A stretch of DNA of 64,000 bases from an uncultured Planctomycetales bacterium (GTDB taxonomy: Bacteria; Omnitrophota; Gorgyraeia; Zapsychrales; CAYRXT01). The stretch is taken from the NCBI GenBank assembly GCA_964428315.1, contig CAYRXT010000008.1, forward strand, positions 6,140-70,139, written 5' to 3'. The position numbers and the translations under genes are program-made. The notes beneath the pieces were generated by a model. It saw only the letters and a list, made by a program, of their open reading frames with translations. It had not been told where the DNA came from and did no database searches. Shown here piece by piece: positions 18,915 to 28,086 of this stretch; the first letter of the stretch is position 1; the number at the start of each line of letters is the position of its first letter.

Positions 18915-19703
18915 TTAATCCTTTTTTTGCGCCAGGATTTCAAGATTATAGGCAAGCGTGCCGTAGGGAACGCGTCCGTCGATGTTCATGAGATTGACGA
19001 TACCTTTGAACAGAAAAGGATTGGGCCACACGCGGATCAGGACCGAGCGGAACAGGGCCAGGACAGGAAAAAGGAGAAGCCCGCCGCGGTGGACCCGCTG
19101 TATTTGAAAGCCCCCTTCCAGCGCCTCCCTCACTTCCTTGACGGAAAAATGGGGATGCCATTCAAGGTTGTCCGTGAACTGCGTGTTTTGATACCGGAAG
19201 ACCCTGCGCTCGATGAAACGGAAAAGACCGGGCAGAAACCGTTTGAAACGCACTTTGAGGTTGAAGGTGTCCAGGAAGGCGAATGCCCCCTTGTTGGGAG
19301 TGGACAGGATCAGAAGGCCTCCGGGCCTGAGGATCCGGTGGACCTCGCCGATCAACGCCGGACGGTCTTCGACGTGTTCATAGACTTCAAGCATGACTAC
19401 GGCGTCAAAGGAGTTGTCGTCAAAAGGCAGGGAACCGCCCTCGAGGACATGGAAATGGAGATGCGGATAACGGGCGCGCGCGGCCTCGATATGGTTCCGG
19501 TTGACATCGGCTCCGTGCGCTACCCGGGCCTTGTCTGCGATCCGTTTCGTGAAATAGCCGCTTGAACAGCCGATCTCAAGAATAGAATCGAGCCCCGCCG
19601 GGAGCCACCGGTAGGCAACCATGGCCTGCACGGTCGTGTAATCGGAATAAATATCTTCGAGGGACGACCGGCTGTCCGCTGTCTTGCTCTCGGTCGTTGT
19701 CAT
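18915..19703 (-). CDS. Class I SAM-dependent methyltransferase
   Basis: LEIGCSSG, LPFDDNSFD, EH and LRPGG...STPN motifs; ATGA overlap with wecB. Confidence 0.9.
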   Translation of the reverse strand: MTTTESKTADSRSSLEDIYSDYTTVQAMVAYRWLPAGLDSILEIGCSSGYFTKRIADKARVAHGADVNRNHIEAARARYPHLHFHVLEGGSLPFDDNSFDAVVMLEVYEHVEDRPALIGEVHRILRPGGLLILSTPNKGAFAFLDTFNLKVRFKRFLPGLFRFIERRVFRYQNTQFTDNLEWHPHFSVKEVREALEGGFQIQRVHRGGLLLFPVLALFRSVLIRVWPNPFLFKGIVNLMNIDGRVPYGTLAYNLEILAQKKD

Positions 19704-20806
19704 GAGGACCTCTTTTTGCGCCATTGGATAAGATATTTAACGATTCTCCGGGCCGTCTTTCCGTCCCAGTACCGGGGCACGCGGCCCTTTTTCCACTGGT
19801 TATGGATAATTCGTCTGCCTTCCCGGACGATCTTCTTCGCGCTTGTGCCCACGAGCACGTTGGTGCCCGAAGTGATCGTGACGGGTCTTTCTGTGTTATG
19901 CCTGACCGTCATGCACGGGATGCCCAAGACGGTTGTCTCTTCCTGAATCCCCCCCGAATCCGTCATGACGCCTTTGGCATGTATCATAAGGTTCAGGAAA
20001 TCAAGGTAGCCAAGGGGATCGATAACCTGGAGATTCGGCATGGGAGGAAAATGCCTTTGCGAGACGATTTTCAAATATCTGGCCTGCGTACGCGGGTGCA
20101 TCGGGAAGACCATGGGCATCTCTTGCTGGAGTTTTTGTATGCCGCTCAGTATGCCGGTCAGGGCGTCCTCGGAATCGACGTTCGACGGCCTGTGCAGTGT
20201 CGCGAGGATATACCCGCGCGGCTCAAGACGCAGTTTGTTCAGGATGTCGGTCTGACGGGCCCTCTTTATATGGTGTTTGAGTGTGTCTATCATGATGTTT
20301 CCCACAAATCGGATCTTGCGCGGGGAGATCCCTTCCTTGATGAGATTGTCTCTGGCCTCGGGTGAAGTGGTGAAAAGGATATCGGACAGGCTGTCCGTGA
20401 CCAGCCTGTTGATCTCTTCGGGCATGGACCGGTCAAAACTGCGCAGACCGGCTTCGACATGGGCCACGGGGATCATCAATTTGGAGGCCACAAGGGTCGC
20501 GGCCATCGTTGAATTGACATCACCTACAACGATAACCAGGTCGGGTTTCAGCCTGAGCAGAACCTTCTCCATCTTCATCATGATCCGCGAGGTCTGCCAG
20601 GCATGGCTTCCCGAGCCCACCTCCAGGTTCATATCCGGCCGGGGGATCCGGAGCTCGCTGAAAAACAGTCTGGACATGGCGTGGTCATAATGCTGTCCCG
20701 TGTGGATCAGCGTGTGCTTAAAATGCCGGTGGCGGTTAAGTTCGCGCACAAGAGGCGCGATTTTCATAAAATTCGGCCTGGCACCGACGACACTGACGAG
20801 GTTCAT
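19700..20806 (-). CDS. wecB: UDP-N-acetylglucosamine 2-epimerase (non-hydrolysing)
   Basis: GARPNFMK, HTGQH, HVEAGLRS, PEEINR, TDSGGIQEE and TERP motifs. Confidence 0.96.
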   Translation of the reverse strand: MNLVSVVGARPNFMKIAPLVRELNRHRHFKHTLIHTGQHYDHAMSRLFFSELRIPRPDMNLEVGSGSHAWQTSRIMMKMEKVLLRLKPDLVIVVGDVNSTMAATLVASKLMIPVAHVEAGLRSFDRSMPEEINRLVTDSLSDILFTTSPEARDNLIKEGISPRKIRFVGNIMIDTLKHHIKRARQTDILNKLRLEPRGYILATLHRPSNVDSEDALTGILSGIQKLQQEMPMVFPMHPRTQARYLKIVSQRHFPPMPNLQVIDPLGYLDFLNLMIHAKGVMTDSGGIQEETTVLGIPCMTVRHNTERPVTITSGTNVLVGTSAKKIVREGRRIIHNQWKKGRVPRYWDGKTARRIVKYLIQWRKKRSS

Positions 20807-22005
20807 ACTTTCACTCCCAATTCTTGGTAGACAGGCAGGTACCTGCGGCAGATGGAGAGCCAGTTGCGCTGCTTTATGACGTAGTCGCGGGCCTGTTGGG
20901 CCATCTGCCCCATCCTCCCGCTGTCCTCAAGGACGTTAAGGCATTTGGACGCAAGGTCATCCACGTCGCCCGTCCTGAACAGGACGCCGTTAAAACCGTC
21001 CAGGACGAGCTCTTTGATACCACCCACACTGCTGCCGATGATCATCTTTTGCATGGCCATAGCCTCAAGGGGCTTGAGGGGCGTGACAAGTTCCGTGATG
21101 CGTTTCGATATCCTGGGATAGACAAAAACATCAATCAGGGCGTAGTATTTGTTGATCATCTCGTGCGGGATGCGGCCCGGAAGGATGACTTTATCCTGCA
21201 GGCCGAGTTCTTCCGTCATTGTTTTAAGGCGCCCCTCTTCTCTCCCGCCGCCTACGATCAGGAACCGCACGTCATCCCGGAAAGAGGTGATCTTCTCAGC
21301 AGCCTGTATCAGAAGTTCAAGGCCCTCAAAAAGGAAAAAGGTGCCGATGAACCCGAAAACCGTTTTGCCCTTAACCCCGAGCGATTCCGCCAGCCTCTCG
21401 TCTTTATGTTCCGGCTTGAAACGTTCCACCTCAACCCCGTTGGGAACGACCGTGATCTTTCCGCCGGGGATACCCCGTTCAATAAGGTCATGTTTCAAAC
21501 CCTCGCAGATGACTGTGATGTGGTCGGCTTTTCTGCAGATAGCGGTTTCCGCCCTGCGCGTCAGAAAGTAACGCAGGCTGTCTTCGCTGGTTTTTCCCTG
21601 ATCGACGGCCGCGTCTTCCCACAGGGCGCGGATTTCATAAACAAAGGGAATCCTTCGCCTGCGGGCCGCCTCCAGACCGGCCATCGCGTTGAGGACCGAT
21701 GAATGAGCGTGGATGAGTTTTGTCTTTTCATCGAGACTGGCATACAGACTTTTCTTCAGCTTCCGGAGCACAAAAAAGGGTTTCAACAAGGACATCCTTC
21801 TGGCGAGATCCCAGTTGATCGCGCCGCACGAATGGTAGTCCACGCCGTTAATGATTTCGTGGGGATGTTCGTAGGAATACACCGGTGAGCGGATGACCTT
21901 CACATCAAGCCCCAGCGCTGTCAGGGACTCGGCGATGTAACGGCTGCGCATGCTGTAGCCGCTGATGTAGGGCACGGTCTGGTCGAATATTTTAGTGACG
22001 GTCAT
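20803..22005 (-). CDS. GT4 glycosyltransferase, PEP-CTERM/XrtA-system type (TIGR04063-like)
   Basis: SGY..R, YEIRALWEDAAVD and ELVTPLKPLEAMA motifs; RBS GGAG before 22005. Confidence 0.88.
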   Translation of the reverse strand: MTVTKIFDQTVPYISGYSMRSRYIAESLTALGLDVKVIRSPVYSYEHPHEIINGVDYHSCGAINWDLARRMSLLKPFFVLRKLKKSLYASLDEKTKLIHAHSSVLNAMAGLEAARRRRIPFVYEIRALWEDAAVDQGKTSEDSLRYFLTRRAETAICRKADHITVICEGLKHDLIERGIPGGKITVVPNGVEVERFKPEHKDERLAESLGVKGKTVFGFIGTFFLFEGLELLIQAAEKITSFRDDVRFLIVGGGREEGRLKTMTEELGLQDKVILPGRIPHEMINKYYALIDVFVYPRISKRITELVTPLKPLEAMAMQKMIIGSSVGGIKELVLDGFNGVLFRTGDVDDLASKCLNVLEDSGRMGQMAQQARDYVIKQRNWLSICRRYLPVYQELGVKV

Positions 22006-23206
22006 TGCGTTCTCCGGAGTTGTTCCACCTGCGAGGTGGAACTTGAGTTCCACCTGCGAGGTGGAACTGGTTGGCTGCCTGTACAAGATTCTCAAACAAA
22101 AGGTGCCCGTTCTCCCGCCAGCTCATGGCCTCTACCGTCTTGGCGAGGCTGTCGCGGTCGACCTTCCATCCGCAGACATCCCTCAGGGCCTTGGTGAGGG
22201 CTCCGGGATCACCGGGTTCCACGACCAGGCCTTGTTCGCCGCGTGTGACGAGGTCCGTGACGCCGCCCACCCGCGCGGCCACAACAGGCACCCCGCAGGC
22301 CATGGCCTCGAGCAGGACGTTCGGACACCCCTCATTGAGACTGGGGAGACAATACGCGTCCGCGGCGTTCATCCACAGAGGGATTTCATCATGCGGTTTG
22401 CGGCCGTGAAAACACACCCGTTCCTTGATATTCAGCGATACGCTCAGGGCCTCGAGATCCCTCCTCAGCGGACCGTCTCCGATGATGTCGAGACAGATAT
22501 CGCCGGGCAGATTCAAAAACGCCTCGATCAGATAGCGCACCCCCTTGACCGGCACGAGATTGGCGATGCACAGGACATGCCGGGAATGCGTGGTCAGCGA
22601 AAGGCGGTGACGGCATTCCACCTTGTCCATCGGCCGGAAAAGCCCGGTATCCACCCCGTTGGGCATATACCCGATTTTGGCCGGTTCAATGCCCAGCGCG
22701 GTCAGTTTTGCTTTTAAAGAACGCGATACCGCGACGACATGTTCGGCGCGGTTTAATGCGTACTTGATCATGATCCGCCTCAGTTTGTATTGCAAACCCA
22801 TGTTGATGTCCGTGCCGTGGACCTTGACCGCGAGGGGTTTCACTAACCGCCGGGCTGTTAATGCGGCGGCGAAGGCGTCCGGGTAGGCCCACGTGGCGTA
22901 GATAACGTCGAATTCAAACGACCTGCGGATTTTCCCTGCTATCCTTCGCAGGCTCAGAAAAAGTGAGATACCGTGCAGACACCGGAGGATTTTCGGGATA
23001 ACGAGGTAACGTGGATAATAGACCTCGAGACCGTTGACGGTGTCGACGGCAGGCACCTCTTTCCCGGAATAGCGGAATGCCGGCAGAGGGGCGACCACCT
23101 TGACCTCGGCATGGTGCTTCAGGGCGGCGATCTGCTGTTGGTTGAACATCGCCTTGACCGGTTCTTTGCGGTTCGGAAAAAGGTTTGTCACGACGAGTAC
23201 TTTCAT
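21992..23206 (-). CDS. GT4 glycosyltransferase (WlbH/TuaC-like)
   Basis: TNLFP, HGTDIN and EGCPNVLLEAMACG motifs. Confidence 0.92.
   Translation of the reverse strand: MKVLVVTNLFPNRKEPVKAMFNQQQIAALKHHAEVKVVAPLPAFRYSGKEVPAVDTVNGLEVYYPRYLVIPKILRCLHGISLFLSLRRIAGKIRRSFEFDVIYATWAYPDAFAAALTARRLVKPLAVKVHGTDINMGLQYKLRRIMIKYALNRAEHVVAVSRSLKAKLTALGIEPAKIGYMPNGVDTGLFRPMDKVECRHRLSLTTHSRHVLCIANLVPVKGVRYLIEAFLNLPGDICLDIIGDGPLRRDLEALSVSLNIKERVCFHGRKPHDEIPLWMNAADAYCLPSLNEGCPNVLLEAMACGVPVVAARVGGVTDLVTRGEQGLVVEPGDPGALTKALRDVCGWKVDRDSLAKTVEAMSWRENGHLLFENLVQAANQFHLAGGTQVPPRRWNNSGERNDRH
22022..22068. repeat. Two tandem copies of a 22-bp hairpin palindrome GTTCCACCT-GCG-AGGTGGAAC(T)
   Basis: Identical copies at 22022-22043 and 22047-22068. 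Confidence 0.85.
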
Positions 23207-23248
23207 GTCCGCCTTTTTGCAATAGTGCATTGGGTAAAATCAGCGTGT

Positions 23249-23334
23249 CCCCCTCCCCTTGTGGGAGGGGGCGGGGGAGGGGAAATGGCCGAGGAAAACA
23301 CCCCCACCTGACCTCCCCCATCAAGGGGGAGGAA
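23249..23334. repeat. Intergenic C/G-rich double-hairpin repeat (CCCTCCCC..GGGAGGG family)
   Basis: CCCCTCCCCTTGTGGGAGGGG ... CCTCCCCCATCAAGGGGGAGG. Confidence 0.7.
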
Positions 23335-23385
23335 CCTAGAAGCCGCAAAAAAACTGCTTTTTCCCATTCGAGATTTCTAAGGACC

Positions 23386-24474
23386 TCATTTCTTTATGCT
23401 ATGGTAAACCCGCAGGTACTTCTCGGCCATTTGGTCCAGATGAAACATGCGCCGGGCTCTTTGTCTGGCGGCGTGCCCGAGCCCGGAAGCATAATCCGGG
23501 TTCCTCATTACGTTGATCATGCTCTCAGCCAGGGCCTCGTGATCGCCGGCAGGGGTCAGCAGTCCGGTTTCCCCATCGACTATAACCTCGGGATTGCCTC
23601 CGACCTTGGTCGCGATAACTGGCCTGGCGGCCGCCATGGCCTCGAGCAGGGTGATGGAGACGCCTTCCTGTTTGGTCGACAGGACAACGCAGTCCATGGC
23701 GCTCAGCAGAAAGGGGATCTCCCGGCGGTAACCCATGAAATCGATCCGGTCTCTCACGCCGCTGTCCCGCGCCATTGATTCCAGGTCATTCAGGAGTGGG
23801 CCGCTGCCGACAATGGCCAGGCGGGCGCAGGGACATTCCCCCGCGACATTCCGGAAGGCCCGTATCAGGGTTTCATGGTCCTTTTCCGGTGAGAGCCGGG
23901 CGATCATGCCGAATACGTACTCATCGTCCTTCCAATTAAACAGCCGGCGGTAGGATTGACGCGCGTCCGTTTGCGGGCTGTTTGCGAACCTTCCCGTGTC
24001 TATGGCGTTGTAAATGACCTCCACTTTGGATTCCCTTATGCGATTGTTCTTCAACAGTTGTCTTTTGGCGTCTTCGGAAACAGTGATGACTTTCTGCGTC
24101 ATTCCCCAGACAAGTGACGGGGCAATTAGGCCGGCACGGCCGTGTCGGGTGTTGACCGTGGCACAGCCCGCCAGTCTTCCGGCGGGAGTTCCGTAAAGCA
24201 GCGGCGCCAGATTGTGGGTATGCACAACATCGAAGCGGTTTTTGCGGATGAACCCTGCCAGCCGCCAGACGACCCTGAAATCGAAACCGTCCTTTTTCGG
24301 AAAATTGGCGACCCAGACCCCCTGTTCCTCGGCCTCCTTTTGAAGTGCCCCTTCATGTGAAAGGGTGGCCAGAACCGTCTGCACACCCTTGCCCTGGAGG
24401 GATCTGGCCAGAAGGATGGTCATCTTCTCCAGACCGCCGGGTTCCAAACTGAGGACGATATGCAGGACTTTCAT
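23386..24474 (-). CDS. GT4 glycosyltransferase
   Basis: GGLE, ARLSPEKDH and EGVSITLLEAMA..P..T.VGGNPE motifs. Confidence 0.92.
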   Translation of the reverse strand: MKVLHIVLSLEPGGLEKMTILLARSLQGKGVQTVLATLSHEGALQKEAEEQGVWVANFPKKDGFDFRVVWRLAGFIRKNRFDVVHTHNLAPLLYGTPAGRLAGCATVNTRHGRAGLIAPSLVWGMTQKVITVSEDAKRQLLKNNRIRESKVEVIYNAIDTGRFANSPQTDARQSYRRLFNWKDDEYVFGMIARLSPEKDHETLIRAFRNVAGECPCARLAIVGSGPLLNDLESMARDSGVRDRIDFMGYRREIPFLLSAMDCVVLSTKQEGVSITLLEAMAAARPVIATKVGGNPEVIVDGETGLLTPAGDHEALAESMINVMRNPDYASGLGHAARQRARRMFHLDQMAEKYLRVYHSIKK

Positions 24475-24475
24475 G

Positions 24476-25861
24476 TTAAGCGTCCGCCTTGTTCTGCTCA
24501 TTCCCGAAATCCACCGGCACTTCGGAGATAGTCACGCGGTATTTGCCGGAATCCGTCAGGGGGATGTCTTCCACATAACGCATGTCGACGATTATATCAT
24601 GTCCGATGATCCGCCGGAGTTCTTTATCGAGAAATTCTTTTCTTTGAGCGCTCAACTCCTTTTCCCTGACCGCCTTGACCAGGATGCGGTCTTTGGACTT
24701 CTGGATGATCTGGAACTTCCTGATCTCATCGAATTCTTTCATGAGATGGGGGAAATAGACACCGGGGATGATGCGGCCGTCGGTGGTCTGGATCGAATCG
24801 AGCACCCGTCCTTCCACATCATTGATAAGCGGCAAGCCCCGGCCGCAGGCGCACCGCCTATCGTCCGAAGCGACCGCCAGGTCGCCGTTCCTGTAGCGGA
24901 TAAACGGCATGCCGTAATTATGCAGGTCCGTCACGACGATCTCGCCTGTTTCTCCCGGCCCCGCGGGCCTGCCGTCTTTAAGGACTTCGACCAGCAGATT
25001 ATCCGCAGTGAGATGAAGACCGTTATGGTGTTCGCATTCGCACGCGATGAGCATAAACTCGCGGCAGCCATAGGTATTGAAGACGTCGGCCTTGAAAACA
25101 TCCCGGAAAAGATCCCTTTGGTAGTCGAAAAGCTTCTCTGATGCGGAGATAACCGACCTGACAGGCGCGCAGCGCGCGCCCGTATCGCGGATGTATCTGG
25201 CGAAGTTGTAAAGCGGCGTGGTGTATCCCACGATTCCCGCCGGTTTGAAGCGGTTAATGGCATCGAGGCACATCTTCATATTCTCTTCAGTGAACCGGAA
25301 AGAGTTGAACGTCTTTCTTCGTCGAAGGGTATTATGAATGTTCTGCTTAAATTGTTTAAGAAACACCGGTTCACCGATGTCCGCCCCCCAGATGTAGAAG
25401 ACCTTCTGGCCGTCCTCACAGCCGGCCCAGCTGTAGCCTCGGAAGGCGGCGGCGATGCGCCATTCGTAGCTGTTGCGGTCATGGAAAAACCGCAGGGGCT
25501 CGCCCGTTGATCCGCCCGTAGATTTTGGGATGTTGGACGAAAGGTAATTCTCGGCGGCCATGGCATCCTTGTTTTTGCGGATGTCCTCTTTGGAGATGAC
25601 GGAGAGACGCCGGAAGTCTTCCAGCGAACGGATATCTTCCGGGTTCAACCCGGCCTTCTGGAATGCGTCGCGGTAATAAGGACAATGGCCGCCGGCGTGG
25701 TCCAGGAGCCTTTTCAGCTCATTCCACTGGAAGCGGGCGATCTCATCGGGTGAAAGCCACTGGGTTTCGTTCATTCTCCTTATGTAGCGGATAGTGCTGC
25801 GTCCGCGTAGACGCCCTTCATAAAGGGGATACAAGATGTTTTTGTAGAATTCCGCGTACAT
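24476..25861 (-). CDS. Phenylacetate-CoA ligase family adenylate-forming enzyme (CapK-like)
   Basis: TGGSTGEP, YGCRE, MPFIRY..GD, GR..D and SGKYR motifs. Confidence 0.88.
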   Translation of the reverse strand: MYAEFYKNILYPLYEGRLRGRSTIRYIRRMNETQWLSPDEIARFQWNELKRLLDHAGGHCPYYRDAFQKAGLNPEDIRSLEDFRRLSVISKEDIRKNKDAMAAENYLSSNIPKSTGGSTGEPLRFFHDRNSYEWRIAAAFRGYSWAGCEDGQKVFYIWGADIGEPVFLKQFKQNIHNTLRRRKTFNSFRFTEENMKMCLDAINRFKPAGIVGYTTPLYNFARYIRDTGARCAPVRSVISASEKLFDYQRDLFRDVFKADVFNTYGCREFMLIACECEHHNGLHLTADNLLVEVLKDGRPAGPGETGEIVVTDLHNYGMPFIRYRNGDLAVASDDRRCACGRGLPLINDVEGRVLDSIQTTDGRIIPGVYFPHLMKEFDEIRKFQIIQKSKDRILVKAVREKELSAQRKEFLDKELRRIIGHDIIVDMRYVEDIPLTDSGKYRVTISEVPVDFGNEQNKADA

Positions 25862-25864
25862 GGA

Positions 25865-27400
25865 TCACTTCTCCAGCGTTTTCAGGATTTTTGCGGGGTT
25901 GCCTGCGACAACGGCCCCTTCCGGGACATCTTCACGTACGACCGCGCGTGCACCGATAACGGCGCGGTCTCCCACCCTTACGCCCTTGAGGATGACGGCC
26001 TGCCGGGCGACCCAGACATCATCGCCGATCACCGTTGGCTTGACGTGGTCCTTATTTGGGGGCAGGTCCTGCCTTCTTTTTTCGGCCTCAAGAGGGTGTC
26101 CGTCGTTGTCGGCGATCATCGAGCCGTTGGCGATATAGCAGTGTCTGCCGACACGGATTTCACGGGCGACAAAAAAGGCGGTATTATGCGCGATAAAGGT
26201 GTGGTCGCCTATGGTCAGTTTCGGATCGTTGTAAACCTTCCGGCTGAAGGCGAAACTGGGCCGGCCCGACAGACGCACGTGGTCTCCGATGGTTATCTCG
26301 CCCTGACCCGTGATATAGGGGAGCTTTTCCATCCATAGCCCTTTGCCGACATGAGCGCACTGGCTTCTAAAAAGCGGTTCGTAATACATGAACTTGAACA
26401 GGACAATCAGGCCCTCCCGCAGAAATATATGAGCCTTATAAAGTCCTTTGAATACAGGACGCGTCAGCGTGTTCACGGGGACGCTGAAGCGGAGCATTCT
26501 CTTAACGATAATCTTGAGCATAAGACCTCCCTGCTGTTTACCGAACACGGCGCGCGGTGAATAGCGCGCGGCCTGGACAATATGATCTTGCGCGCGGGCA
26601 AGGTCGCCACTGCGGTCATACGCCCAGGCCGCGCAGAAATGCCGGTATCCGTAAGCCTGCGCCTTGATAGACGGCGAAGAAATGATCTCGTCGATGTTGC
26701 CCGCGTAGTACTTGTCGAGGACCTTCAGTTCGTTCTCGAGCATTTTACTGGCGTTTCTGATCCCGCTCATCGTGTTTTGTCCCGTCCGGACCTTGACCAG
26801 AGGTCGCTGAACAAAACGCACGGAGTAACGCCTTGCGATCCTCAGCCACATGTCCCAGTCCTCCGCGCTCTTGAGCCCTTCGTCGAACAGGCCGACAGCG
26901 TCAAAACACTCTTTCTTTATGAGGGCATTGGACCCGCCGCTGACGATGTTCTTGACGAGAAGGTTCTCGCGCAGTCTGTTCTGGTCTCCCGGATCGCGGG
27001 GGACGTTTTCCCCAAAAACGCGGCCGGTATCGTCCATCTCAAAAGACCCGCAGCTCACCAGCCCCGCGCTTTTGTCTTCGGCGAAGATCTTCATCTGCTC
27101 TTCGAGCTTGACGTTCAGCCAGATGTCGTCGGCGTCTAGGATGGCGACATACTCGCCCTTCGCTTCGCGGATACCGGTGTTGCGCGCGGCCGAAAGCCCG
27201 CGGTTCTCCTGGTAGACATACCGGATACGGTCTCGCAACGGTTCAAGGGCGTCCCTGGTGTTATCCCGGGACCCGTCATCCACAACGATGACTTCCTTTC
27301 GGGGATAGGTCTGCGACAGCGCGCTCTCCACCGCCCCGGCCACCAGCCGGCCGTGGTTGAAGGTGGGGATGATGATGGAAATGAGAGGTCGTTTGTTCAT
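25865..27400 (-). CDS. GT2 glycosyltransferase fused to a C-terminal left-handed beta-helix O-acyltransferase
   Basis: N-terminal VDDGS.D/LDADD/EDWD; C-terminal hexapeptide repeats IGDDVWV..GV.VG...VVAGNPA. Confidence 0.85.
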   Translation of the reverse strand: MNKRPLISIIIPTFNHGRLVAGAVESALSQTYPRKEVIVVDDGSRDNTRDALEPLRDRIRYVYQENRGLSAARNTGIREAKGEYVAILDADDIWLNVKLEEQMKIFAEDKSAGLVSCGSFEMDDTGRVFGENVPRDPGDQNRLRENLLVKNIVSGGSNALIKKECFDAVGLFDEGLKSAEDWDMWLRIARRYSVRFVQRPLVKVRTGQNTMSGIRNASKMLENELKVLDKYYAGNIDEIISSPSIKAQAYGYRHFCAAWAYDRSGDLARAQDHIVQAARYSPRAVFGKQQGGLMLKIIVKRMLRFSVPVNTLTRPVFKGLYKAHIFLREGLIVLFKFMYYEPLFRSQCAHVGKGLWMEKLPYITGQGEITIGDHVRLSGRPSFAFSRKVYNDPKLTIGDHTFIAHNTAFFVAREIRVGRHCYIANGSMIADNDGHPLEAEKRRQDLPPNKDHVKPTVIGDDVWVARQAVILKGVRVGDRAVIGARAVVREDVPEGAVVAGNPAKILKTLEK

Positions 27401-27478
27401 AATCATTTTAAATGATTGGGTGCCCCAGAGACATGAAACAGGACACAAGATGTTTAAAACAATTTAAATAGCGCCAAT

Positions 27479-27833
27479 CTAAACTGTCTGCATAAATTTC
27501 CAAAGCAACTTTCCTGTATCCATGCGCTTTGCAGATAAATGGCAATAATCCTCTTTTGTTAAATAACCGATCTCATAAGAAAAATCTATGAGATATTCCG
27601 TTTCTGCTAATGAACCCAATCCGATAGACAAAAATTGTTTAAATTCCTTTTTGCTTCTACTTGCATAGCCTTCGACCAAGTTTAAGGGTACTGACAAAGC
27701 AGATCGTCTAAATTTGTGATGTTAAGCCATAGATTTCTTCTTTGGGAAATTTTAATGAGATTTTGTATACCTCTTTTGCTAAAAGATCTGCCTTTTGCCA
27801 AACAATCAATTTCCTGTAACCAGCTCCCCCCAT
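27479..27833 (-). pseudogene. Four helix bundle protein (23S rRNA IVS/TIGR02436 family), frameshifted
   Basis: MGGAGYRKLIVWQKA...FPKEEIYGLTSQI ends at TAG 27708-27710; the family sequence continues as RRSALSVPLNLVEG...GSLAET in a shifted frame (one extra base). Confidence 0.85.
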
Positions 27834-28083
27834 GACGATTTCTCCTTTTTTGTCTTGTCTCTTGTACGCCGGGTGCCGGGGCGCGCGGTATTACGTTGTT
27901 CTCTTCGCTCCGGTCTCGCTGGTCTGTTCCGTCCTCTCCTCTCTGTTCTTCGGGCTATTCATTCGACATTGGACGTTGATTTGTCATTCGCCATTTGTCA
28001 TTGTTTATTTGACTCCCGGCTCCCCCCATGACGATTTCTCCTTATTTGTCTTGTATCTTATGCGCCGGGTGCCGGGGCGCGCG
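27823..28083. repeat. Imperfect 65-bp direct repeat (27823-27887 and 28019-28083) enclosing degenerate 7-mer repeats
   Basis: Both copies carry the RBS and ATGGGGGGAGC; AATGACA-type heptamers lie between them. Confidence 0.8.
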
Positions 28084-28086
28084 AAA

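Noticed and set aside
22022-22068. Possible CRISPR array from identical palindromic repeats
   Set aside because: Only two copies separated by 3 bp, with no spacers and no cas genes
27479-27833. Diversity-generating retroelement Avd or rRNA intervening sequence
   Set aside because: No reverse transcriptase, TR/VR pair or rRNA gene in the window
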